From Dehalococcoidia bacterium (GTDB lineage: Bacteria > Chloroflexota > Dehalococcoidia > Lucifugimonadales > UBA826): a DNA stretch of 64,000 bases. A program made the position numbers and the translations under genes. The stretch covers positions 9,274 to 73,273 of the forward strand of contig JBJLGX010000022.1 of the NCBI GenBank assembly GCA_045564655.1. The letters run 5' to 3'. Positions 8,664-18,334 of the stretch are shown one piece after another (position 1 is the stretch's first letter; every line of letters begins with the position of its first letter). The notes below the pieces were generated by a model. The model was not told the origin of the DNA. It worked only from the letters and a program-made list of their open reading frames with translations, and searched no databases.

Positions 8664-10106
8664 ATGGAAATAAATGAAAATTTAGCTTTTACGAACGCAT
8701 CGGAGCTACAAGGATTATATGCGTCTAAAGAAGTTTCTCCAGTAGAGATAACTGAAATTTTTATAAACAGGATCGAAAGATTAGATGGTCAATTGAATGC
8801 TTTTTTAGAGTTTACTTTTGACTTAGCCCGTCAAAAAGCAAAAGAAGCTGAAAAAGAAATATTAAATGGGACAGCGTCAGGGTTGCTACACGGAATCCCA
8901 ACAACTATAAAAGATATGGAAATGACAAAAGGAATTAAGACAACTGCAGGGTCTTTAATTTTTAAAGATCAGGATCCCTGAATTCGATAGCGTGGTTTCT
9001 GAAAGGGTAAAGAGAGAAAATGCCATTATTTTGGGTAAAACCAATACCCCGGAATTTGGGTTGCTAGGTGAAACGAGGAACAAACTGGGCGACGATTGTC
9101 GAAATCCTTGGAACACTGACATGACTCCTGGCGGATCTTCAGGCGGAGCCGCAGTATCCTTAGTTTCGGGAATGTGTTCTCTTGCAACAGGTTCTGACGG
9201 CGGGGGATCTGTAAGAGTTCCTGCTAGTTTCTCTGGTGTATATGCTATAAAACCTACCCAAGGGAAGAATTCCTAGGTTTGCTGGCCCAGTTCCTGACTC
9301 CTATCTCTAACCAACACTAGTCAAGCAGGCCCGATGGCTAGGTCAGTTGAAGATGCGGCGATTCTTTTTCAAGCGATGGCTGGACTACGACCCCAGAGAT
9401 GTTTCTTCTTTGAGAGCAACCGGTTCCTGATTTTATTGGTGCCGCTAAAGAAGGGGCAACTAATGGAATAAAAGGATTAAGAATAGGGTGGACTCCCGAC
9501 TATGGATTTGGAAAAGTTGACCCTGAAGTTTTGGATATTTGCAAAAAAGCAGCTAATCTTTTTACAGATACAGGGTGCACAGTTGAAGAATCTGATTTTT
9601 CTATAGAGGACCCTTTTTCCCATTGGTTAACATTGTTTTCTACATTTGCTTATTCTATGCAACAGGCACATTGGCCAGAAAGAAGATCTGATATGAATCA
9701 GTATGCAGTAGATTTATTTGAACATGCATCTAAATCCACAGCTGTAGATTTTACTAAGGCAGTTGGGAATGTTGATACCATAAAATTAGCATTAGCAGAA
9801 CAGTTTGATAAGTTTGATTTGTTAATTTCACCAACAATGCCTGTTCCTCCGTATGAGTGTGCTAAACCTCCAAGAGAAGTAGAGGGCTTTGATGTTGACG
9901 GATCATGGAATTGTTTGCAATTTACGTATCCTATTAACTCTTCTGGGCACCCTGCTGCTAGTATTCCGGCAGGGTTAAATTCTAATGGATTACCTATAGG
10001 CTTACACATAATAGGTAAATTTGGAGACGAAGAAACCATTATCAAAGCGTCAGCTGCGTTTGAAAAAATCAAACCTTGGAACCATATTCGTCCTGCTGTT
10101 TCCTAA
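8664..10106 (+). pseudogene. Amidase-signature family amidase with at least five frame changes
   Basis: ORFs 8664-8981, 8992-9276 and 9531-10106, plus untracked pieces between 9277 and 9530, read as one amidase: GKTNTPEFG, GGSSGGAA, GSDGGGSVRVPA, KPTQG(R)IP, GPMARSVEDAA. Frame breaks are near 8976, 9264, 9310, 9386 and 9424. Confidence 0.8.
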
Positions 10107-10181
10107 TTATGGTGTGACGAGGATTATTTTGATATTGTATATTTAATGAATAAAACTTACTGAATTAAAAAGGTGTGATGA

Positions 10182-11162
10182 ATGTTTCAAGCAAGAATAA
10201 CAAGTCCCAAAAAAATTGAAATTCAAGAGGTTCCTATTCCTACCGTAGATACGGGGCAATGCTTAATAAAACTTGAAAGATGGTCTGTTTGCGGAAGTGA
10301 TATACGTCATGCTTTTGGACCTGTTTTTCCAGAAGAAGAATATCCAATGAGACCTGGTAGCCATTGCCATGAGTGTGCAGGAACAATTATTGAAACTAAA
10401 TCTGATAAATTTAAGGTTGGACAAAGGGTAATAATGTTACCTACTGGACCAGATATTGGGTCTGGTGGGTTGGTTGAGTATTATGCAGCTGATGAAGGAA
10501 GAATGGCATTGTTGCCTGATGAAGGTGATTTAGGGGAATGGCTTATGTGCCAACCTTCTGGAACTGTGCTGTATGCCTGCCAACAAATGGGAACTATATT
10601 AGGTAAGGATGTTGTTATTATGGGCCAGGGCAGCATAGGGCTTTCGTTCACTGCTATATGTGCTCGAGCTGGCGCAAACAAAGTAATTGCTGTTGACCCA
10701 CTAGACTATAGATTAGATTGGGCTAAGAATTTTGGAGCTACTCATACTATTAATCCTGATAAAGAAGATTTAGATGAAACATTAGCTGAGATTACATCTG
10801 GTAGATTAGCTGATATTTCTGTTGAAGCTTCAGGCTTTCCGGATGCTTTAAATGCAGCTCTGCGATCTACAGTATTTAGAGGGAAGGTTATTTTATTTGG
10901 AATTCAGGAATCAGGAGAAAAAAGCAGTATAGATACTCATGCTTATATAAATAAGGCTCCTATCATAATGCCTGTAGCTGGTGGTAGGACACCTGATCCA
11001 ACTGGCCATATTGAGAAAATGATAGCCTTAAAACAAAGAGGGTGGTGGGATCCAGGATTAATGAAGACACATGAAAGACCTTTTTCCCAAGTACAAGATG
11101 CGTATGAAGATTACGAAGGGTACAAAGATAATATTGTAAAGGTCGTATTACATAATGACTAA
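10182..11162 (+). CDS. Zn-dependent medium-chain alcohol dehydrogenase family
   Basis: CGSDIRH, a GSHCHECAG Zn-site region and a GQGSIG Rossmann motif. Confidence 0.85.
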   Translation: MFQARITSPKKIEIQEVPIPTVDTGQCLIKLERWSVCGSDIRHAFGPVFPEEEYPMRPGSHCHECAGTIIETKSDKFKVGQRVIMLPTGPDIGSGGLVEYYAADEGRMALLPDEGDLGEWLMCQPSGTVLYACQQMGTILGKDVVIMGQGSIGLSFTAICARAGANKVIAVDPLDYRLDWAKNFGATHTINPDKEDLDETLAEITSGRLADISVEASGFPDALNAALRSTVFRGKVILFGIQESGEKSSIDTHAYINKAPIIMPVAGGRTPDPTGHIEKMIALKQRGWWDPGLMKTHERPFSQVQDAYEDYEGYKDNIVKVVLHND

Positions 11163-12510
11163 TAAGCCAAAGTCAATCATTCCATCAGGAAAAGTTTATT
11201 ACGGATGGCTTGTATTGGCGGTGTCTACTTTCTTAATTATGACTGCTTTTGGGATCAGGCAGTCTACAGGGGTATTTGTCACTCCTATGGAAGCGGACCT
11301 AAATTGGACCAGAGCAGAAATAACACGGATCCTGTCGTTTGGAATATTCTTTGGTGCAATTTCTTTTGTTTTTATCGGCACGTTACAAGATAAGTTTGGT
11401 GGGCGCATAGTTATTACAGTATGTCTTCTACTACTTGGATTATCTACGGCTGCTATGGGTATGATTACTTCAAATCCAGTACCCTGTCAAAATTGTACGT
11501 TACATATTTTTAATTTATCGATTACTTCAGAATACCTTACTTTTTTAATCCTTCATGGTTTTATAGCTAGTTTTGCTACGGGAGGTATTTCGTTTGTCAC
11601 CGTACACACATTACTTTCTAAATGGTTTGTTAAAAGAAGGGCGCTGGCAAATAGTATTTCTGCTGCAGGAGCATCGTTAGGTTCTGTGTTTTTTGCACCA
11701 ATGTCGGCATATATTGTTGAAATAGCTGATTGGGAAAGAGGGTTTTTGACTTTAGGAATGATTGCATTGTTTGTTGCGATGCCTTTATCTGCGTTATTTA
11801 TGAAAGAAGATCCTGGAAATTTGCTACCAGAATCCGAGAAGATGACCGATACATCGGGAAATTCAGATTCTGAAATGACAGGTCCATATTTTACAGAAAA
11901 ATTATCACAAGCTTTTAAATCACCTCCATTTTGGCAACTTTCCACATCGTATGTTGTATGCGGCATTACGACTACTATGATGGGGGTACACTTTGTTCCA
12001 TTTGCTGAAGATCAGGGAGTATCAAGAGTAACGGCGGCAACCATTTTCGGGTTTATGATGGGAGTTAATCTTTTTGGTGTTTTACTTGCGGGTGCGTTTG
12101 CTCAAAAATTTCAACAAAAAAATGTTTTAGGTGTCGTCTACGCTGTAAGGGCTATGGCTTATCTTCTTTTAATAGTAATTGGGGGTACTGTAGGATTATG
12201 GGTTTTTGCTGTTGTTGCAGGCATGTCTTGGTTGTCAACTCCTGCTATGACTTCATCTATAACAGCAGATGTTTATGGGTTGAATAACTTAGGAGCTATT
12301 AACGGATTGACTAATGGAGCCCATCAGGTTGGAGGAGCTGCAGCTGTTTTGATTACAGGAGAATTATATTCATTAACAGGTTCATATACGCTACCTTTTG
12401 CGTTGGCAGGATTAACTCTAATTATTGCTACATACTTCTCGTTTGCTGTAAATGAGAATAAATATTCGTATAAATTTAATCCTATAAGAAAAGAATTCGC
12501 TACGGCATAA
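11155..12510 (+). CDS. MFS transporter
   Basis: About 12 hydrophobic segments with a central hydrophilic loop. 8-nt overlap with the ADH gene. Confidence 0.8.
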   Translation: MTNKPKSIIPSGKVYYGWLVLAVSTFLIMTAFGIRQSTGVFVTPMEADLNWTRAEITRILSFGIFFGAISFVFIGTLQDKFGGRIVITVCLLLLGLSTAAMGMITSNPVPCQNCTLHIFNLSITSEYLTFLILHGFIASFATGGISFVTVHTLLSKWFVKRRALANSISAAGASLGSVFFAPMSAYIVEIADWERGFLTLGMIALFVAMPLSALFMKEDPGNLLPESEKMTDTSGNSDSEMTGPYFTEKLSQAFKSPPFWQLSTSYVVCGITTTMMGVHFVPFAEDQGVSRVTAATIFGFMMGVNLFGVLLAGAFAQKFQQKNVLGVVYAVRAMAYLLLIVIGGTVGLWVFAVVAGMSWLSTPAMTSSITADVYGLNNLGAINGLTNGAHQVGGAAAVLITGELYSLTGSYTLPFALAGLTLIIATYFSFAVNENKYSYKFNPIRKEFATA

Positions 12511-12511
12511 C

Positions 12512-13180
12512 ATGCGCATATTTTGTACAAATTCCTCGGCCCCATTAATTCAAGCAACTGAACAGTGGCTTGATAAAATCCATTCTGTTAAGACTGTAAA
12601 AAGTTTTTTTTCGAACGAGAATCAGTCTAAAACATTAATGCAAGGAACCGACGTATTCATCCACTCGTTATCTGAAGATCCTGATATGGAAGATCAGGCT
12701 AAATTAGATGAAGCTATTCAGCAAACGTATGCCCTATTGTCACTATGCGTTGAAATGGGAGTAAAGAGATTTATATTTTTGGGGACACTAGATGTTTTTA
12801 AAGCTTATGATCCTGATTACATTATCGATGAAATGTGGAAACCCAAACCAACGACAGAGATTAATGTACTAACTAGCCATATGGCTGAATTCGTTTGTAA
12901 AGAATTTGGAAGAGAGCACAAGATAGATGTTCGCGTACTTAGGTTGGGGGAAGTATGCTGGGAAGAATCAAGTAATTCTGATTCTCCATTATTTATTGTT
13001 GACGCTTTACAGGCAATACAAAGAACAGTTGAAAAAGACCTTATTTCACCTGATTATATACGACACGTTCCTAATACGTGGAATATTTTTCATATTCAGT
13101 CTGTCGTTCCAAATATGCGATTTAAGATACTAAAAGCTGAGGATGACTTAGGATTTTCTCCACAGAGGTTAGATTTATGA
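12512..13180 (+). CDS. NAD-dependent epimerase/dehydratase-like protein with degenerate cofactor and catalytic motifs
   Basis: The N-terminus MRIFCTNSSAPLIQ replaces the usual TGGAGFIG loop, and SHMAEF stands where YxxxK is expected. The rest of the fold pattern is retained (VKRFIFLGTLDVF). Confidence 0.5.
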   Translation: MRIFCTNSSAPLIQATEQWLDKIHSVKTVKSFFSNENQSKTLMQGTDVFIHSLSEDPDMEDQAKLDEAIQQTYALLSLCVEMGVKRFIFLGTLDVFKAYDPDYIIDEMWKPKPTTEINVLTSHMAEFVCKEFGREHKIDVRVLRLGEVCWEESSNSDSPLFIVDALQAIQRTVEKDLISPDYIRHVPNTWNIFHIQSVVPNMRFKILKAEDDLGFSPQRLDL

Positions 13181-13932
13181 AAATTCTTATTCTTGGTGCA
13201 AATGGTATGTTAACGCCATATGTGACAAAAGCTTTAGAAAAAAATCATGAATTAAGAATTACTGATGTCAGTGACCTTTCAGGTGATGATGAATATAAAG
13301 AACATGAGATTTTACAAGTTGATATTACGAATTTAAATCAAGTTGTAGAAGCTGCAAAAGGCGTAGATGCAATTATTAATTTGGCTGTAGTCAGGCATGA
13401 ATTAAAATTAGCATTTGATGTGAATTCAATCGGCTGTTTCAATATGATGGTTGCAGCTAAGACTCATAATATTAAAAGAGTTATTAATACAGGACCACAT
13501 TGGGTCGCATCTGCCCAATCTTATGAAAAATTTGATTTTGACATACATCCAGATATTCCACATCATCCGGGTACTGGACTATATGCTATATCTAAGTCTG
13601 CCGGTCAAGAGATATGTCGTGTTTTTGCAGAGAACTACAACATTAATGTAATAAATTTATTGTTCAATCATCTGAGGGCTCCATTTGAACCTAGAATGGC
13701 TGTTAGGCCAGAACATTTTTGGCCATTTTCTATTGCTAAAAAAGATGCAGGAATGTCTCTTTTGGCTGCTATTGAGGTGGATATAAAAAAATTATCTACT
13801 ACCTGTGAAACCTTTTTTATATCAGCAGATGTTCCGCATAATCAATATTCTAATACTAAAGCTAAAGAAGTATTAGGTTGGCACCCCACGAATAATTTTG
13901 AGAAACACTGGAGACAATCTGCTAAAAAATAA
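13177..13932 (+). CDS. NAD-dependent epimerase/dehydratase family protein
   Basis: MKILILGANGML glycine-rich loop and YAISK (YxxxK). 4-nt overlap with the upstream gene. Confidence 0.7.
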   Translation: MKILILGANGMLTPYVTKALEKNHELRITDVSDLSGDDEYKEHEILQVDITNLNQVVEAAKGVDAIINLAVVRHELKLAFDVNSIGCFNMMVAAKTHNIKRVINTGPHWVASAQSYEKFDFDIHPDIPHHPGTGLYAISKSAGQEICRVFAENYNINVINLLFNHLRAPFEPRMAVRPEHFWPFSIAKKDAGMSLLAAIEVDIKKLSTTCETFFISADVPHNQYSNTKAKEVLGWHPTNNFEKHWRQSAKK

Positions 13933-13954
13933 TCATATATTTGGGGATAATAAT

Positions 13955-15763
13955 ATGAGTAAAAGTAATACAGATTTATTTGATTCAACTTTTTTTTTAG
14001 AGCAAGGAGAGGCGACTCTTCCAAATACAACAAGACCGGTTATTTACTCTAAGGATTCTGTAATATCGTCCGGACATTACTTAACATCAATGGCTGGCAT
14101 GAGAATGCTGCTATCTGGTGGAAATGCATTTGATGCTTTGGTTGCCTCAACATTTGCAGCAGCGGTTGTTGAGCCTATTGCCGCGTATTCAATTGGTGCT
14201 GAAGCAACATTTATGCTTTATCATGAAAAAAGTGGAGACTTCCTGTCTCTTAGCGGCCAAGGAGTGAGCCCTCAAAAAGCATCAATTGATTTTTTTAAAT
14301 CACAGGGACATGACATAATTCCAACTGGACCAGGGAAAGATGCTCCTCTCTCTTTTACAGTTCCAGGTGTAGTCGCAGCTTCTCTTTCTTTGCTTGAAAA
14401 GTATGGAACAATGACTATTCAGGACGTTTTATCTCCCGCTTTAGATTACTCTAAAAACGGTATTCCTAATTACGAATATATGGTTGATAGGCTGGGAGCA
14501 GGAGATTCATCTCAATTTAATTTGTTCCCCCCAGGAGGGAACAATATATTTTTCAATAATGGAGAATTGCCTAAACCTGGAACATTATTGATTCAAAAAT
14601 CTCTGGGTCGTATATTTGAAAAAATGATAGAGGAATCCTTAAGTTTCTCTAATCGTAAAGAATCTATTTTAGCTGCAAGGAAAAGTTTTTATGAAGGAGA
14701 AATAGCTGATTTAATTATTAAATCCTCTGAAAACGTTGGAGGAATATTAACTAAAAAAGATTTGTCTGAATATAAAGAAGAATACTCCATTCCTGTAAAA
14801 ACTGAATTCTATGGTTATGAAATTCATGGGCACTCTACATGGTCTCAGGGTCCAGTAGTTCAACAAACTCTCAATATTCTTGAAAATTTTGACTTAGTTT
14901 CTATGGGCCACAATTCAACTTTATATACTCATGTTATTACGGAAGCATTAAAACTTGCATTTGCAGATAGGGAAGCTTTTTATGGGGACCCCAATTTTTC
15001 AGAGATTCCAATTGACGGATTGCTTTCTAAAGAATACGCGATTGAAAGATCAAAATTAATTGATCTTAAGAATGCGTGTAAGGGATTGCCAGATTATGGA
15101 GATCCTTGGAAATATTCAAAACTAATAGGTAAAACGTCTGATCAACCAGAAATATTCGTCGAAGAAGAATATTCTCCAGATGAAAAAGGGACAACTCATA
15201 TAACAGTCATGGATAGTGCCGGCAATATTGTTTGTGCAACACCTAGTGGGGGTGCTTTTAATAAATCTGTATTTTTTGATGAATTGGGATTTGCTATTAG
15301 TACTAGGTCTGAAATGTTTAACTTTGTTGAAGGTCACCCAAATATGTTAGTGCCGGGTAAAAGGCCTAGGACTACAATTATTAATTATATGATTACCAAG
15401 GACAGTAAACCTATTGCAACTGTTGGGTGCCCCGGCGGGGATGCGCAAACTCAGGCAAATTTGCAACTAATACTGAATACCCTTGTTTGGAGAATGAATC
15501 CTCAGGAATCTTCTGAAGCACCTAGGTTTTCTACTTTGAGTGTTCCCAATTCTTTTTATCCACATACTTATTTTCCTAATCAATTGTCTATGGAAGATGG
15601 CTTTTCTGATGAAGTAAAAAAAGGATTAGAAAAATTAGGACATCAACTAATTTATACTCCTACTTGTGGTATGGGAGCGACAGTTGCTATCAAAGATTTA
15701 AAAACATCTGTTTTAGCTGTTGGAGCTGACCCAAGACGGGCGTGTTATGCGATCGGACTGTAA
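13955..15763 (+). CDS. ggt: Gamma-glutamyltransferase family
   Basis: Autoprocessing site GTTHITVMD, GGAFNK and GCPGGDAQ. I prefer the ATG at 13955 (after GGGGA) over the track start at 13898, which overlaps the upstream gene by 35 nt. Confidence 0.85.
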   Translation: MSKSNTDLFDSTFFLEQGEATLPNTTRPVIYSKDSVISSGHYLTSMAGMRMLLSGGNAFDALVASTFAAAVVEPIAAYSIGAEATFMLYHEKSGDFLSLSGQGVSPQKASIDFFKSQGHDIIPTGPGKDAPLSFTVPGVVAASLSLLEKYGTMTIQDVLSPALDYSKNGIPNYEYMVDRLGAGDSSQFNLFPPGGNNIFFNNGELPKPGTLLIQKSLGRIFEKMIEESLSFSNRKESILAARKSFYEGEIADLIIKSSENVGGILTKKDLSEYKEEYSIPVKTEFYGYEIHGHSTWSQGPVVQQTLNILENFDLVSMGHNSTLYTHVITEALKLAFADREAFYGDPNFSEIPIDGLLSKEYAIERSKLIDLKNACKGLPDYGDPWKYSKLIGKTSDQPEIFVEEEYSPDEKGTTHITVMDSAGNIVCATPSGGAFNKSVFFDELGFAISTRSEMFNFVEGHPNMLVPGKRPRTTIINYMITKDSKPIATVGCPGGDAQTQANLQLILNTLVWRMNPQESSEAPRFSTLSVPNSFYPHTYFPNQLSMEDGFSDEVKKGLEKLGHQLIYTPTCGMGATVAIKDLKTSVLAVGADPRRACYAIGL

Positions 15764-15829
15764 ATTAGGTATAATGTTGGCTAATTGAGAAAATAAATTA
15801 TTGAAATTTTCTTACAGGTAGTGATCAAA

Positions 15830-17113
15830 ATGAGAAAAATTACTGTTTTAAGTTTAGTCTTTGTTTTAGCTGTTTTTTCATTTGCTTGTGTTACTAGAGG
15901 GGCTACTCTTTATTACACATCAGATAGAGATGGACAACTGGATATATATTCAACTGTTATTGGTTCAGAAAAAGAAACTAATGTAACCGATACTCCAGCT
16001 TTAGATGAATACGATCCTGTTGTATCTCCAGATGGTAAATGGTTAGCATTTCGTGTCGGGGATTCTACAAAATCTTCCATCGATGTGCTGAATTTATCAA
16101 ACAGCAACAGGTTTACAGTCACATACAACATCAATGATAAAGGTGATTCAAAATATTCGATGCCTGTTTGGAGCCCTGATAGTACAAAAATAGCTTTTCT
16201 TAAGGAAACAGATGAAGATGGAGGTCGGGCATACACTGTAGTTGTGGAGGGAGGATCTCCCCCTGCAAAACTTTCTGATGTGGTTGCGACCCAGTTAAAT
16301 GACTGGGCGTCTTCTGGTGACTCTGTTTTGTTTTCTTCTTATATTCAAGAAGTTGACGAGTTCGACGAGTTCGACGAGTTCGATGAGTTCGACGAGTTCG
16401 ATGAGTTCGACGAATTGAGTGTTGGGTCAGACTCTGCAGAGATAGAATGGGAATATGATGAAGAAGGTAATTTGATGGGAGTTAGAACTTTTGGTTCTTC
16501 TGATGATGAAGATAGTCTTCAATTTGAGGGATATGATGACGATAGTCTTCAATTTGAGGGATATGATGACGATTTATTTGAAAGCGATGATGAATACATA
16601 GGTATATATTCTCGTAACCCAGAAGGCGTCAATCAAAGGCAAATGACTTGTGGGGAAGACAGAAACGGGAAATGGTCTCCAGACTCTACTAAGTTAGCTT
16701 TTATTTCTGAAAGAGATGGAAATCCAGAAGTTTATGTTATGGAACGAGATTCTTTGGATGGGCGTTGCGAAAATTCTGGTGGTAACTCCAAGCAGATATA
16801 TAGATTAACGGATACAGAAGAAGATGAGTCTGATATCGCGTGGTCCCCTGATGGTGAAAGGATTTTGTTTGTCTCAGAACGAGATGGGAATAAAGAGATT
16901 TATGTGATGGATTATACCGGTAGTAATGAAACTCGATTAACTTTTAACCAAAAAGATGATTATGATCCAATTTGGGGTACAGATGGTACTTCAGTGATTT
17001 TTGTTTCTGAGTTGGATGGAGATTCAGATATTTTCATCATGGATACAGAAGGTCAATCACAACAAAGAATTACCAATAACGATGCTATTGATGAATCACC
17101 AACTTGGCGATAA
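15830..17113 (+). CDS. TolB-like PD40 beta-propeller lipoprotein with an acidic repeat insert
   Basis: MRKITVLSLVFVLAVFSFAC signal with a lipobox-like Cys. PD40 repeats SPDGKWLAF, SPDSTKIAF, SPDSTKLAFISERDGNPEVYVM and SPDGERILFVSERDGNKEIYVM. Confidence 0.8.
   Translation: MRKITVLSLVFVLAVFSFACVTRGATLYYTSDRDGQLDIYSTVIGSEKETNVTDTPALDEYDPVVSPDGKWLAFRVGDSTKSSIDVLNLSNSNRFTVTYNINDKGDSKYSMPVWSPDSTKIAFLKETDEDGGRAYTVVVEGGSPPAKLSDVVATQLNDWASSGDSVLFSSYIQEVDEFDEFDEFDEFDEFDEFDELSVGSDSAEIEWEYDEEGNLMGVRTFGSSDDEDSLQFEGYDDDSLQFEGYDDDLFESDDEYIGIYSRNPEGVNQRQMTCGEDRNGKWSPDSTKLAFISERDGNPEVYVMERDSLDGRCENSGGNSKQIYRLTDTEEDESDIAWSPDGERILFVSERDGNKEIYVMDYTGSNETRLTFNQKDDYDPIWGTDGTSVIFVSELDGDSDIFIMDTEGQSQQRITNNDAIDESPTWR
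16355..16417 (+). repeat. In-frame 9-bp tandem repeat (GAYGAGTTC) x6 plus one degenerate unit, encoding (DEF)n
   Basis: Units gacgagttc/gatgagttc lie head to tail from 16355, and the seventh unit is gacgaattg. Translation: DEFDEFDEFDEFDEFDEFDEL. Confidence 0.95.
16511..16570 (+). repeat. Perfect 30-bp tandem duplication inside the same gene
   Basis: gatagtcttcaatttgagggatatgatgac occurs at 16511-16540 and again at 16541-16570 (DSLQFEGYDD x2). Confidence 0.95.
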
Positions 17114-17171
17114 ATTTTAAGCGTAATCTGGTTATTTAATAGATTGCGTTAGCCTTTTTGGAGTAACGAAT

Positions 17172-18321
17172 ATGAACAATACGGATAACCGGATTGTTTC
17201 AAATGATTATAAAAGAATTGTTATAAAAGCTGGAACCAGCCTTTTAAATGGTGGGACTGGCGAACTTGATATGGCAATGATTTCTAATATTGTTGACCAA
17301 ATTTGTAGTCTGCAAAGTCAGAATAAGGAAATAATTCTTGTCTCCTCTGGAGCCGTTGCGGCAGGAAGAGAGGTACTTAAGAAATTTGGAGACGGATTAA
17401 GTTTAAATAAACAAGCCTTGGCAGCTATTGGTCAAGGTCGATTAATACAAATTTACGAAGAAATGTTTTTTTCGAATGATATTTTATCTGCTCAAGCGTT
17501 AGTTTCACGACGAGATGTGCATGACCGTTTAGGGTATTTAAATTTAAGAAACACCTTATTGGATCTTCTTAGTAATAATGTGGTTCCTATAGTTAATGAA
17601 AATGATGTTGTCGCAATCGAGGAACTGACAGGGTAAAGTTTTTGGTGACAATGATACGCTGTCTGCTCTTGTAGCCAATTCTATTGATGCTGATTTACTT
17701 ATTATATTAGGTAGAATAAATGGACTATACACTAAAGATCCTACAGTGCATGGAGATGCGAAAGTAGTGCCTGTAGTTGAAAAGATGGATAAAAACATTT
17801 TATCTTATGCCGGACCTTCATCTGATGATTTTGGAAGAGGTGGGATGTTAACCAAATTAGAAGCTGCTCGTTTAGCAACTGCCTCAGGAGTAGATGTTGT
17901 TATGGCTAGCGGGTATGAAAATAATGGATTAGTAAAAATAATTCGAGGAGAACCTGTCGGAACCCTTTTTAAATCAACAACAACTAAATTAGAAAGCCGA
18001 AAACGTTGGATGTTAAGTGCTATAGATTTTAATGATAATAATATAGCTATAAAAATTGACACTGGAGCAAAAGATGCTTTAATCAAAGGTGGTAGCTTAT
18101 TGCCTCCTGGGGTGATTTCTTGTTCAGGGGAATTTTCTAGAGGTGAAATAGTTGTTATTGTTGGTGCGAAAGACGAAATTATAGGTGTAGGCATTACAAA
18201 TTATTCTATGGCAGATATTTCTGAGGTACAGTCTTTAAATTCATCTGATATAAAGAAAATGCTTGGACATTACTACGGAGATGAGATTGTGCATAGGGAC
18301 AACTTAGTTTTATTGGATTAA
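17172..18321 (+). pseudogene. proB: Glutamate 5-kinase with one frame break (possibly artefactual)
   Basis: ORF 17172-17636 (kinase N-terminus, NENDVVA) stops at TAA 17634-17636. Skipping one base gives ...ELTGKVFGDNDTLSALVA, which continues into ORF 17746-18321 (PUA domain). Confidence 0.85.
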
Positions 18322-18334
18322 GGAGCTGGTTATT

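Noticed and set aside
8972-9430. A cluster of 6-bp palindromes at or near the amidase frame breaks: GGATCC, GAATTC twice, CCTAGG, ACTAGT and ACCGGT. This suggested a cloning or polylinker artefact, or targeted lesions.
   Set aside because: Several of these palindromes contain the very stop codons I was looking at (ascertainment bias), and the order does not match any polylinker I know. I cannot compute significance here, so I treat it as coincidence unless a k-mer enrichment test says otherwise.
16355-16570. Short direct repeats that could be mistaken for a CRISPR-like or minisatellite array.
   Set aside because: The repeats are contiguous with no spacers and are in frame inside a long ORF. 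They encode an acidic low-complexity segment, and no cas genes are present in the window.
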